Assembly (NCBI GenBank): GCA_001792115.1
Contig: MGFX01000001.1
Location: forward strand, 5,847 to 69,846
Length of the DNA: 64,000 nucleotides
Direction: 5' to 3'
Source: Candidatus Woesebacteria bacterium RBG_16_42_24
GTDB lineage: Bacteria; Patescibacteriota; Microgenomatia; UBA8517
The position numbers and the translations under genes are program-made. The notes beneath the pieces were generated by a model. The model saw only the letters and a list, made by a program, of their open reading frames with translations, ran no database searches and was not told the DNA's origin. Positions 25,052-34,552 of the stretch are shown in pieces. Every line of letters starts with the position of its first letter. Position 1 is the stretch's first letter.

Positions 25052-28000
25052 CTAGACAGGATAATTGTATTTGTTCTTTGTTTCATTGTCAACTACCCCC
25101 TCTTTGGTTGAAAGGACAAACCCCAAACCGGCAAAAAGCAAGGCAAATCCGAGAAATTCAAGTAATTGTGGCCAGAAAATGATATAAATTTTTGAGTTTT
25201 GAGTTTTGAGTTTTGAGTTTTCCACGAGCCATCCATTTGCCCAGGAATTAATTTTATAGTGCGGCAATATTTGGAAATTGGCTAATGCTATCCATCCATC
25301 TTCGTAAGCCTGGGAAAGTTCGATGTATCCGGATCCTTCCGTCTCTACAGAATAAAAGAATGTATTGACTTTAGTTATATTTTTAATCCGTAAATTTTGG
25401 GGGTTAGAAGTTGCGCCTCGGACAAGTACAATTCGACTCATCCAATTAACCGGAATTGGCAAAAACCCTATCTCTTCCAAGAAATTTACACTTTTTTCTG
25501 GGCCAAAGGAACGTGTTTCGGGAACAAAAGTGTATTCCCCTTTAGGATTTGTGCCCGGAAGGAGGGCATAGTATTCATCAAACGAACCTGTTGGCACTAA
25601 ATCTTCAAGATCATTATGGTGTGTGGCATGATTATTCAAGACAAACTTCAGTGACCTTCCTCGCCTATTTTCACCTTTAATCCTTAAAAGGTAACCCTGG
25701 TTTTGCACCAGTCCCGAATATACAAAATGGTCGCAATTAATCCCTCTGTCTTCTGATTCATAAGTTATCCCTGAAGAATCAACTTTCTTCTTGACCTCTC
25801 CAGTCCCAAAAATACTACAGTTTTCTGCCTCTTCCCCTCCACGATTTTGACTCCAGACTTCTTTCTTTATAAGTCCTTGTTCTTTCCCAAGAGGAAGTTC
25901 CAAAGATATCCTTTTAGCGTCTTTAATTTCTATCTTCCCTTCTTTAGGAGCAAAACTATCTTCTAGACGAACACCGGTCTGAGTAACCGAGGGATAAGTT
26001 TTAACGACAACATTTTTATATGAAATTGAAGATTCGTCTCCCTCTTCGTCTTTTGCTCTTGAGAGCAAATCGAGCCAGTAAACCCCACCAGATTGGGTCT
26101 CATAGAAGGTAGTAACTTCCGCCCAATCGTGACTAGATCCAGTTTGGTAAAATGGGGAGACGCCAATACAACCGGGGCTGCCCTCTTTAGTCAAACAGGT
26201 ATCTGGAGGGGTATCGGTAGTCGATTCGTGTTCTAATGTGACGCTTAAGAGGGTTGGGCCTGTAAATTCCATGGGTAAGCGTGCTCCAATACAGGCAGTT
26301 GCGTCTCTCGATGTTAGATTAATTTCACCATCGATTAAGGTTGCCTTAGTTCGGGTTTCTCTCCCCTCCCTTTCCCAGCACTTCCTAACTTCTTCTCCAT
26401 CAAAATTGGGGTATAAATCAAAATAAATATCGTCAGGCACTGAGTAAATTTTTAAAGATATTTCTGTGCTTTGGGGAAGGAGGATAGCTCCGACATATTG
26501 CTCGGAGGCTCCTTTTGATATTTCAAAATAATTATTGTCTCCAAATGAAAGTAGAATTTTCTCGGTACTTCCCGACATCGGTATGGTAAAGTCTCCTTCT
26601 GAAGTTTCTGAGATAACCTTTCCGTCGAGTTTAATAATAGGGTATAACCCCACTATCCTGAACTTAACACTTCCTCCTCCTTGGTAGGAAGCGTATAAAT
26701 CAACCGGTGCCAACCCCTCAAGGGGCACCCATGGCCCCAGATCTATATAAGCCGTACCTTCTTTGATATCTCTCTCCCAAATAAGTCTCCCGTCCTCCAT
26801 TCGAACATCAGTTGGTCTCGCGGACAAGACAGATGCAAAGGGGTGGTAAATACCGGTTCCGTTTATGTAATCTATACCAAAATAATAATTTGGGTCTTTT
26901 CTTAAATAAGAAAAGTCGTCTGACGTCGGGCTACCCACTAGTTTGGGCCCCCGAATATATTCGTCGTTCCTTCCAACGAAAATATGGTTCTCATAGAGGC
27001 TTAGACTATCAAATGTTTGAATCTCGTTTATTCTGTCTGAAGAGTTAATTAGGCTTTTTACTTCATCATAATAAAGAGCTTCAGACCATCCCCCTGGTTG
27101 GAATATATTTTCATCCATTAATATCCACCTAATCCTGTATTTACTTAGGACATTCTCGAAATCAGCTAGATCTTTCCTGTATATCGCATCGGCAATTTCC
27201 TGGTAATAACCCTCATTTTGACTACTCCAGGGGTCAAATGACCTATGAAGTAGCGGGGAAGAAATCCCCTGCCAAATAAATCCGCTGCCACGATAACCCC
27301 ACCTTGAGTATTCCCAGTTCCAAAAAGTAGGTTGAGGAAGGATGGCCACTCTGCCCTTATTCTCGGGTTTATCGAAAAAGTTAAACGCCTCAAAATATTC
27401 CTGTGGAATTTCTAGTTTTAATTTGTCATAGAGAAATTCTCCTCTAAAAGCAGGTAAACTCTCCAAGATAAGTCCGGCCAAAAACATGATTGCCAAGATG
27501 GGCGAGAGCGATTTTAGGATCCTGAAAGAGAAAATTCTCACCAGAGCGTAAGCCGATAGAACCGCAAAACTTAAGGCGTAAACTGTCGCGAATTTTGTGA
27601 AAGCAAATCTAAAAACTTCCTCGTAATAAGGGGAGTAATTCCAAATGAGTGACCGAACTGTCGAGATCAAAGGAATTCTAGCGCCTAAATTTAAAATACT
27701 GAAGGCAAAAATTGCGATGAATGGATAAACCGTTTTTTCTTTAGTCAATACTGCAAGAGTCAATCCGGCAATTGCCAATCCAAAAAGTACTAATCCAAAA
27801 AGCTCTATGGGGGGCTTTTGCCAGTAGTTTCTCCAAGTCTCCATTTGATATCCAAATTCGTTGTCTCCTTTCCAGTCTTCATAATCTAGACTAAAGCCGC
27901 GCATTAGTGCCACATTTTTGAGGTCTCCGAATGCCTCATTTCTGAGTACAATTTCCGGGTTCGAAAGTTCGTTAATCTTCGCGGAGGTTATTGTACTTGC

Positions 28001-28756
28001 GTTTTTATAGGCCGAATAAATATAAGGCAGACCCCAGAATGCATTGGTTGCAAAGAGAACAATAATAACTAAAACTGCGGCTTTTATGTTGTTTTTGTGA
28101 TTCTTAATTAAATGGAAAGCTAAAACTATAGCCACGAAAAACGCATAGACTATAAAGATTGTCGGAACGTGGGCTTGGGAAACTGCCAGTAAATTAACTG
28201 CAAATAAAAGCAAAAGATCCTTTTTCTTTCCCGACTCAAGATATTTAAGAAGCGTGAGAATAAGCCACGGCAAGAATCCAAAGTGGATGATAAAAAGCTC
28301 AAGGGGTGCATAAAACATCTGTATGGTGGCTGGATTGAAAAGATAAAAGACAGATGCAATCGAGGCTACCAAGGTTTTTAGCGGCTCGACTTCCTTTTTA
28401 AAAAGAAACCTGACTAGGTAGTAGATTCCCAATCCACCAAGCCCGTGCATCAAAAAGACAAAGAAATATCGAACAATACTTGCTTCTAGAAACTGGGAAA
28501 GAAACCAAATATAGCCTGTGTGAACTAAATTGGCGGCGTGGGCCATTCCGTCAAGTACCCCCAATCCTCTATATTCCTGCCAAACTGCTCCCAAATTTCT
28601 CGAAAAGTGCTCAGAAATATTTAATTCCGGCTGGGTGGAATCCCAACCAGTAAGCCAAGTTCCAGATACGTAATTGGACTTAAAAAGGAGAGTCTCAATA
28701 AGTAAAACCGCTAGGATAGGAAGCAAAAATTGAAATAATTTGAGGTATTTCTTCAT
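25052..28756 (-). CDS. Large (1234 aa) polytopic membrane protein with a big extracytoplasmic C-terminal region. Possible GT-C-type (YfhO/AftD-like) glycosyltransferase; the function call is weak.
   Basis: About 14 N-terminal TM helices followed by ~750 aa soluble and a C-terminal TM. Contains an in-frame (TTTGAGT)n repeat near the 3' end. Confidence 0.55.
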   Translation of the reverse strand: MKKYLKLFQFLLPILAVLLIETLLFKSNYVSGTWLTGWDSTQPELNISEHFSRNLGAVWQEYRGLGVLDGMAHAANLVHTGYIWFLSQFLEASIVRYFFVFLMHGLGGLGIYYLVRFLFKKEVEPLKTLVASIASVFYLFNPATIQMFYAPLELFIIHFGFLPWLILTLLKYLESGKKKDLLLLFAVNLLAVSQAHVPTIFIVYAFFVAIVLAFHLIKNHKNNIKAAVLVIIVLFATNAFWGLPYIYSAYKNASTITSAKINELSNPEIVLRNEAFGDLKNVALMRGFSLDYEDWKGDNEFGYQMETWRNYWQKPPIELFGLVLFGLAIAGLTLAVLTKEKTVYPFIAIFAFSILNLGARIPLISTVRSLIWNYSPYYEEVFRFAFTKFATVYALSFAVLSAYALVRIFSFRILKSLSPILAIMFLAGLILESLPAFRGEFLYDKLKLEIPQEYFEAFNFFDKPENKGRVAILPQPTFWNWEYSRWGYRGSGFIWQGISSPLLHRSFDPWSSQNEGYYQEIADAIYRKDLADFENVLSKYRIRWILMDENIFQPGGWSEALYYDEVKSLINSSDRINEIQTFDSLSLYENHIFVGRNDEYIRGPKLVGSPTSDDFSYLRKDPNYYFGIDYINGTGIYHPFASVLSARPTDVRMEDGRLIWERDIKEGTAYIDLGPWVPLEGLAPVDLYASYQGGGSVKFRIVGLYPIIKLDGKVISETSEGDFTIPMSGSTEKILLSFGDNNYFEISKGASEQYVGAILLPQSTEISLKIYSVPDDIYFDLYPNFDGEEVRKCWEREGRETRTKATLIDGEINLTSRDATACIGARLPMEFTGPTLLSVTLEHESTTDTPPDTCLTKEGSPGCIGVSPFYQTGSSHDWAEVTTFYETQSGGVYWLDLLSRAKDEEGDESSISYKNVVVKTYPSVTQTGVRLEDSFAPKEGKIEIKDAKRISLELPLGKEQGLIKKEVWSQNRGGEEAENCSIFGTGEVKKKVDSSGITYESEDRGINCDHFVYSGLVQNQGYLLRIKGENRRGRSLKFVLNNHATHHNDLEDLVPTGSFDEYYALLPGTNPKGEYTFVPETRSFGPEKSVNFLEEIGFLPIPVNWMSRIVLVRGATSNPQNLRIKNITKVNTFFYSVETEGSGYIELSQAYEDGWIALANFQILPHYKINSWANGWLVENSKLKTQNSKIYIIFWPQLLEFLGFALLFAGLGFVLSTKEGVVDNETKNKYNYPV
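25188..25221. repeat. (TTTTGAG)n tandem array lying in-frame inside CDS 25052..28756 (encodes ENSKLKTQNSKI)
   Basis: ttttgagttttgagttttgagttttgagtttt. Translation on the minus strand stays in the gene's reading frame. Confidence 0.6.
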
Positions 28757-28788
28757 AAGTTCTCGGCCTTCTTTCTTTGTCTAAAGGC

Positions 28789-29694
28789 TTAAGAACTGAA
28801 GGCCTTCCTTAGTTTAGCAATAACCGGAAAGTTGATGGAGGGCAAAACCATAGACGGCTTTACTATTCCGCGAATAAGCATATAAAGGGTAAAAACTACC
28901 CTCTCCGGAAGCAAATAAACAACTGCTATCTGAAGCAGAAATTTAGCGATAGAGAATATGCTGGGTTTGTATCCGAATTCATAGACTCCCCTAAGTCTAG
29001 TCGTTACAGAATTTCCAAAAGTACCCCTTACCCTTCTTAACGAGTCATTCTTGTCGTGAATTCGATAGTAAAGAAGTTTTTCGGGCAAGTTGTAATATCT
29101 TGCTCCACCCGAAATTTTCTTCATGGTGGTTAAGTAGTCATTATTGGTTGGATTGTCATTCAAATAAAGCTTTAGGCCGGGAAAAGCCGACTTTCTAAAA
29201 ACCTGAGTAGGATTAATCATAGGGTGGAAAACAAAGCAGTTTCTATAAATATCACTTTGAGTTTCGGGCATTATCTTTTGGCCTACAACCTCACCCTCAG
29301 TATTTATTACGTGAGCACAAGAACCAACTACGGCATACTCTGGGTTATCACTAAGAAACTTAAATTGCTTTTCAATCCTATCTGGTAACGCAATGTCGTC
29401 CGCATCCATTCTGGCGATAAACTCACCATTTGCCTTCTCAAACGCAATATTGGCAGCGGCATCTCCGCCCTTACCTCTATTTTTCCTAAGAGCAACAAGT
29501 GTAATTTTGTCGGGATTTTCCTCTTTGTATTTCTTAAGAATCTCCAAAGTCCCGTCTTTTGAAGCGTCGTCGACCAAAATAATTTCGATATTGGGATAGG
29601 TTTGCGAGAGTATACTCTCCACCGCCTCGGCGACAAACGCCTCCGCGTTATAAACAGGCATTATTACTGAAACTAATGGATTAGCGTTTTTCAT
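28789..29694 (-). CDS. Family-2 glycosyltransferase
   Basis: VSVIMPVYNAEAFVAEAVESILSQTYPNIEIILVDDASKDGT and a downstream DxD-type MDADD. Confidence 0.8.
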   Translation of the reverse strand: MKNANPLVSVIMPVYNAEAFVAEAVESILSQTYPNIEIILVDDASKDGTLEILKKYKEENPDKITLVALRKNRGKGGDAAANIAFEKANGEFIARMDADDIALPDRIEKQFKFLSDNPEYAVVGSCAHVINTEGEVVGQKIMPETQSDIYRNCFVFHPMINPTQVFRKSAFPGLKLYLNDNPTNNDYLTTMKKISGGARYYNLPEKLLYYRIHDKNDSLRRVRGTFGNSVTTRLRGVYEFGYKPSIFSIAKFLLQIAVVYLLPERVVFTLYMLIRGIVKPSMVLPSINFPVIAKLRKAFSS

Positions 29695-29695
29695 C

Positions 29696-30841
29696 TTATG
29701 GTTGATCTTGTATTCTCCACATCTCTCTTATTACGGGCTCGAAGCTTTCTTTAGGAGTCCCATCGGCATACATAATTCCAAATGACCCTTCGTGGCTATT
29801 TTCTTCTCTGGCCTTCGTATCAATGTATTCATGAGGAAAAACCAGCCTCGGCTTAACAGGGCCAGAATTTAGGGAACGAATTGAAGCAATAATACTTGCC
29901 GCTTGGTGAATGGGATCCCAATCTTTTGCGTGTGCTCTGGTGCTCCTTTCCGGTAAACCAAGTTCAGCAACAATGACGTCCTTTTTACCGTCTTGCTCAC
30001 CTACCCCATATCTAGTCGAAAAATAAGAAACTTGTCTGGGAAGATCCAAAATCTCGTTTGGATCTAAGTCAGGGTAAAGATCAAGAGTAATAGAGTTCAA
30101 ATCACCACATGGTTTAGTGATAGCGCCTCCCGGATTAACAAATCCACAAACGGCGTCAAAATAAACCACCTCTTCAGGATTTACTCCTGCATCTGCCCCT
30201 ACCCATTTGCTTACATTTGTGGTTACCTTGGCCTCAACTCCATGCTCTTCCCCGACTGCTTGTCTTAATGTATCAACGGCTGTTTTAAAGAAAAATCTGC
30301 GTCTTTCAAGGTATCCAGGGGGAAAGGGAAAACCAGGGTTTCTATTGTAATTATCGTCTAAGTGATCATCCCCCTCGTTAAAAATCTGCCAATAATCGAC
30401 TTTGTCTCCCCACCTTCTTCCTAAAAGCTCGTATTGCCTTCTTGTTTTACGAGTAAGCTGATCTATTTTTCTGGGATCAGCTGAAAGTTTGTCTACATTG
30501 GTTACTAGAAATACTTTCAAGCCTTTACTTTTTGCATAGTCTATAGCCTCATCGTATTTAGGCAAAGATTCTGGCTTAATATCCCAATCCCATAAAGGAA
30601 ATCTTATCCAAGGAATTTGCAGAGCGGCCAACTGATCACACGTGGTTTTGAATCTATCTAAATGTAGAAGCTGCTCATTCGGAGAAGTATAAAATCTGGT
30701 GTTAAAACCAAATTCAATTCGGCTTTGTCTTTCTCTTTCAGGAGATGGCTTAAGTTCGGGCGCACAAGCTGCAAGCACCACAGCACCCCCAGCGGCTGCG
30801 CCGATTTTCAAAAAACCTCTTCGATCAAGTGTTTCTGACAT
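29696..30841 (-). CDS. Tat-exported glycoside hydrolase (TIM-barrel, GH5-like)
   Basis: Twin-arginine signal DRRGFLKIGAAAGGAVVLAACAP. WQIFNEGDDH (NE catalytic acid/base motif of clan GH-A). Confidence 0.55.
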   Translation of the reverse strand: MSETLDRRGFLKIGAAAGGAVVLAACAPELKPSPERERQSRIEFGFNTRFYTSPNEQLLHLDRFKTTCDQLAALQIPWIRFPLWDWDIKPESLPKYDEAIDYAKSKGLKVFLVTNVDKLSADPRKIDQLTRKTRRQYELLGRRWGDKVDYWQIFNEGDDHLDDNYNRNPGFPFPPGYLERRRFFFKTAVDTLRQAVGEEHGVEAKVTTNVSKWVGADAGVNPEEVVYFDAVCGFVNPGGAITKPCGDLNSITLDLYPDLDPNEILDLPRQVSYFSTRYGVGEQDGKKDVIVAELGLPERSTRAHAKDWDPIHQAASIIASIRSLNSGPVKPRLVFPHEYIDTKAREENSHEGSFGIMYADGTPKESFEPVIREMWRIQDQP

Positions 30842-31120
30842 ATTTTGATATAAATAGATCGTATCTTATTAGACGTTTTCAACTCTGAACCTTAAGGTTA
30901 AGAGCTCAAAACGTCGGCATACAGGAAAATAAAGCTTCATCTCTAAAAAGAGGTGAAACCCTATGAGGGTCGACGTTTGTTTGCGCAAGCGCAAACCTAG
31001 CGAGTCCCCATAGGGGAAATAATTGCAAAGCTGATAACGGAGCTGACCCGTCCTAAGAGCTTGCGCTCTTAAGCCTCTCCCCATAACCTTGGCTATGGCT
31101 TGAGTTTAGTAGAGCCGGCT

Positions 31121-32242
31121 CTACCCGTCGGTTGGGAACGGCCCGGGAACGAGCGCATCGCCCTCGACATGATAGATGAGCTTGCCATCCCAGTTGCTCT
31201 GAGCTTGGGCTTGCTCATAGGAGCAGCCGGGATAGGTGTAGGCACCACCGCCTTCCACCCAGGAGGGTAGCACGATCGAGGTTTCCGCAGGGAAGACCAC
31301 GACGATTCGCCCATCCGGCATCCTGGAGTCGCTGCTGAAGGGTTCGAAGGAAATCGGGTCTGAGAGCAGTTCGTACTGCTTGCCCGGTTCCCAGTCGAGG
31401 GAGCGCATTTCTTCTCCGCTACAACCCGCTCCTCCAGCTTCCCCGATAGGGGCTTGCTCCATCCCGTCGGTGGTGAGGAAACCTTCCTCACTGACGAGTC
31501 CCAAGCGGAAGAGGTCCCTCATGTACCATAGATGGCCTGTGAGGACCTTCTCGATTTCCGCTTCAGGGAGGTTCAGATGGTTGTAGACCACCCGGTCCAT
31601 GAGCATCGGCAGCGTCAGCTCCTTGACCTGGTCGATGGTCAAGTCCGTCAGGTTGACGACGAGACCAGAGTGGCCAGAGTCGACCCTGTCCCAAGCGTAG
31701 CGGCTGGTGTCAGCGATGACCATTCGCATGTTCATCCTGGTCACTCCATCGGCGCCCACTTCAAGCCAGTCGGGATGACATCCCGCAGGGTTTGCCTGCC
31801 AGGGGCTCCCGAAGCCGTACCAGATTGCCTGGACTTGACCCGGCTCAACGAGCAGGGGGACCAGGTAGGACACCGATTGCCATGTCCTGGGATAGAAATC
31901 CCGATGCTGGATCTGATTCCCGCCGATCTCGAGCCGCCACAGCCAGTCCGGCTCAGTGCCAGCCTCGCTGTTCGGCTCAAACGGAACCAGACAGACATTG
32001 GGCGAACCCATGACCTGCTGGTCAACTGGCTCCGGGGTTGCCCCTGCCGAAGACTCCTGAGTAGGAGCTGCGGTCGGGAGATTCCCGAACGCATCAAGCG
32101 GATTGGGCTCCCCTTCCTGGGCTTGCAGCTGCGCTTGGGCAGCCTTGGCCGTAGCCTCCCAGTTGACGCCGGGAGTGGTCTGCAGCAGTAAGCCGCAGCC
32201 GGACAGGGCCAGTGCGATGAGAAGAACGAGCAGTTTCTTCAT
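31121..32242 (-). CDS. Lipoprotein, hypothetical (start taken at the internal Met with a lipobox)
   Basis: MKKLLVLLIALALSGCGLL (LSGC lipobox). The track ORF extends further upstream, but the RBS and lipoprotein signal favour this start. High-GC codon usage. Confidence 0.5.
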   Translation of the reverse strand: MKKLLVLLIALALSGCGLLLQTTPGVNWEATAKAAQAQLQAQEGEPNPLDAFGNLPTAAPTQESSAGATPEPVDQQVMGSPNVCLVPFEPNSEAGTEPDWLWRLEIGGNQIQHRDFYPRTWQSVSYLVPLLVEPGQVQAIWYGFGSPWQANPAGCHPDWLEVGADGVTRMNMRMVIADTSRYAWDRVDSGHSGLVVNLTDLTIDQVKELTLPMLMDRVVYNHLNLPEAEIEKVLTGHLWYMRDLFRLGLVSEEGFLTTDGMEQAPIGEAGGAGCSGEEMRSLDWEPGKQYELLSDPISFEPFSSDSRMPDGRIVVVFPAETSIVLPSWVEGGGAYTYPGCSYEQAQAQSNWDGKLIYHVEGDALVPGPFPTDG

Positions 32243-32682
32243 GCTGCTTCCTCCTTGGGCTTGCGACGCGAAAGCATCGCATACCCGATGATGATGGCCA
32301 CCGAAGAAAGCGCGACCATCAAACGTGTTTCGAAGGACATTGTCCAGCCGGAGAGCACAAAGGCTACTGCACCTCCCAGGAGAAGAATCAACCCCACGTT
32401 GTCGCGGGATGTAATCCCCTCCCTCCAGCGCATCGGAAGCCAGATCAGCAATGCGAACACGCTGACCACCCCTCCGAAGGCCAGAAGACCCCCACGAAGT
32501 AGGTCGTTCGGGCTGGCCCAGAAAAGGCCGGCCCAATCAACCACCAGCGCCAGAACAAGAAACCCGATGCGCCCTCTCCAGCTCTGGGAGAGGTAGACCT
32601 TCGACCTGGCATCGTTGTCGGCAATAATAAGCCCGGCAGCGATTGCGGCGAAGATCCCGAAGAGAACGAGGTACGTATCCAC
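32239..32682 (-). CDS. Small 4-TM membrane protein, hypothetical, translationally coupled to the lipoprotein
   Basis: 147-aa ORF with four hydrophobic helices. The stop overlaps the lipoprotein start. Confidence 0.5.
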   Translation of the reverse strand: MDTYLVLFGIFAAIAAGLIIADNDARSKVYLSQSWRGRIGFLVLALVVDWAGLFWASPNDLLRGGLLAFGGVVSVFALLIWLPMRWREGITSRDNVGLILLLGGAVAFVLSGWTMSFETRLMVALSSVAIIIGYAMLSRRKPKEEAA

Positions 32683-32923
32683 GAAATCCTCCTCCTTTTC
32701 CTTCAGGTTATGTCGGCGGACGACGGTAATGAAAACAGCCCAAAAAAAAGGCTGATAATTTTCCTGTATGCCTTGTTAACGTACCTTTGGCAATTATTAC
32801 TCAGAACAAATTCGGCGAACCGAAGGTCCTAAGTAAGCCAAAGTTTGTATGCTTTGGAAACTGTTAGTCCCAGAGCAGAGGAGAAATCTAAAGGGTTTTT
32901 AGGTCTCTACCCTGCCCTCGACC

Positions 32924-33193
32924 TTAACCTCTGATAAAAGAAGTTGTCTTTCTTTTCGAAAGATAAAGGAGAAACCCTGAAGCGCTAACTAAAGCCCCAC
33001 CGAGTATAGCGGGGTTAATATCCCCAATAGCCGTTTCTTTTGGCTCGTGGGTAACAGCAAGAACTTGTTCCTCTTCTCTACAAACAACCGGCTGTCCATA
33101 CTCTTGGGTACAAACCGTTTTTGCATAAGAGATCTGCGGGGTCGAAAGTACCGCAGTTAGTAAAGTGAAAGCGACTAAAAATTTCTTTAACAT
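32924..33193 (-). CDS. Small secreted protein with a signal peptide and a C-terminal hydrophobic segment plus basic tail. Candidate sortase substrate.
   Basis: MLKKFLVAFTLLTAVLSTPQISYA signal. C-terminus ...IGDINPAILGGALVSASGFLLYLSKRKTT (hydrophobic + KRK). Sits immediately downstream of the sortase gene. Confidence 0.45.
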   Translation of the reverse strand: MLKKFLVAFTLLTAVLSTPQISYAKTVCTQEYGQPVVCREEEQVLAVTHEPKETAIGDINPAILGGALVSASGFLLYLSKRKTTSFIRG

Positions 33194-33282
33194 GATTTAA
33201 AATAACCTCTGAATTATAGGTTAATCGTTATAAGGTGTAAAGTATATACTTCTAATAACTTTTGTCAAGCCCCAGCTTGGAG

Positions 33283-33984
33283 CTATATTTCAAGAAGCCT
33301 GGCGTAGCGAAATATCCTGACCGGCGAGTTAAGGCTCTCACAAGTATATAGGATAAGGTCTGCCGAGTAATCAGTTATAGTTTCACCGTCTTCTTCTCTA
33401 TAAACCTCATAGATATATTTTCTCTGTCTCCAAATAATTTCCACAGTGTCGCCGGTTTTTAGTTTGGGAAGATTATAGAAAGAATTTTTGAGTCGGTAAG
33501 GAATACTCCAGGCAAGATACCCATACCTATGGGCCGCCAAAATAACCGGTTTACTTCTATCGGCAGGAGTCCCAAAATCCGAAACCCTCCAGACTCCTTT
33601 TCTTAGAGCCTCTTCATAATTATCAAGCGTAGCTTCGTTAATTTGGGTGTCGATTTTGGCTGAGACAATTTTAAGTCTAGATTCTTGCGGTAAAGTCGCG
33701 TCGAGTTTGGGTTGGTAAGCTGGTTTAACTGTTATCGGGGCAGTTTCGGCCTCTTTCGCAGTTCTCGCCAAAAGTTCTGAAATATTATTGGGGATTCCTC
33801 CTTTTAGGTAGTACCAAATCGACGGGGCAAAGAAAATTAAAAGAACGAGAACTCCTACCAGGAAAAGATACTTGGCAGTCCTAGTTAAAAACCTGGCAAG
33901 GATTAGGTCGGACTCCCTTTTGTAGTCCTCCACCTTAAAAACTCGCCGGCCCTGATAGACGTGATAAATCTCCCCTTGTTCCAT
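33283..33984 (-). CDS. Sortase-family transpeptidase
   Basis: N-terminal TM anchor. Conserved His in VILAAHRYG and a catalytic Cys in a TLxTC-like context (LILYTCES); downstream Arg (VRIFRYA). Confidence 0.7.
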   Translation of the reverse strand: MEQGEIYHVYQGRRVFKVEDYKRESDLILARFLTRTAKYLFLVGVLVLLIFFAPSIWYYLKGGIPNNISELLARTAKEAETAPITVKPAYQPKLDATLPQESRLKIVSAKIDTQINEATLDNYEEALRKGVWRVSDFGTPADRSKPVILAAHRYGYLAWSIPYRLKNSFYNLPKLKTGDTVEIIWRQRKYIYEVYREEDGETITDYSADLILYTCESLNSPVRIFRYARLLEI

Positions 33985-34195
33985 ATATTTATTTAATCAC
34001 AAAAAATCGGCTCCACAAGGAACGGGTAGATCGCCTGCCCTACAATCCACCCGTCCCCTTCAGAGCCGAATTTCACGAAAACTAATAGGGCCTTGACAAG
34101 ACCCTAACAAACTTTCTAGTCTAGAGTGATTTATCTTTTTATTCCTGTCCTAAGATAAATCCGGTTTCTACTTAAGCGTAGTAACCAAACCTAAA

Positions 34196-34272
34196 GAGCA
34201 CCTCTATTCGTGGCGAGTAACGATTAATCTCGGAGTACCCAACGATGGCGGTGCTCTTTTTTTTGTAATTCA
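34196..34272 (+). terminator. Long hairpin followed by a T-run (AGAGCACC...GGTGCTCTTTTTTTT). Possible 3' end of an unidentified plus-strand small RNA in the 570-nt noncoding region 33985-34552.
   Basis: Inverted repeat agagcacc/ggtgctct separated by ~45 nt, then T8. Confidence 0.3.
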
Positions 34273-34552
34273 GCCTTTCAGGCTGAACACAATCCTCCAT
34301 AAATCGCTTCTTGAGCCGCAGTTCAAATGAACTAAGGCGAAAGATAAGATTGGGAGGATGACTCCTTCCACTTAAACAAACCATGAAATTCAAAGAACAA
34401 AAAAATTGTAACACCCCCTGTCAACCTTGTCAAACCCTATAACTATAATGCATTATTAAAGTATCCTGCCCATAGTAATCGGGGTGTTAAAATCTATATC
34501 AACTTTCGCTTTAATTTCGGCGGTTTAAATAATTGTGGAAAACTTGGGGAAA

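Larger units (their letters stand above)
31000..32720. other. Compositional island: ~60-63% GC versus ~40-45% in the flanks. Carries a two-gene membrane protein + lipoprotein operon; probable horizontal acquisition.
   Basis: Hand-counted GC of sampled 60-mers is about 62%. The many overlapping spurious ORFs on both strands are typical of high-GC DNA. GC-rich palindromes lie at the left boundary (ttgcgcaagcgcaa, ctaagagcttgcgctcttaag). Confidence 0.6.

Noticed and set aside
31093-32291. Multiple overlapping ORFs on both strands in the high-GC island (31093..31491, 31380..31586, 31532..32191, 31741..32097, 31792..32013, 32094..32282, 32103..32291, 32255..32596)
   Set aside because: High GC depletes stop codons and generates long spurious ORFs. 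Only the lipoprotein (with lipobox) and the 4-TM protein have coherent features and co-orientation.
34150-34420. tmRNA (ssrA) candidate, suggested by the ORF 34172..34414 ending ..FGYYA and nearby hairpins
   Set aside because: No tRNA-like T-arm (GGTTCGANTCC) or acceptor pairing was found on either strand. The putative tag is too long and atypical.
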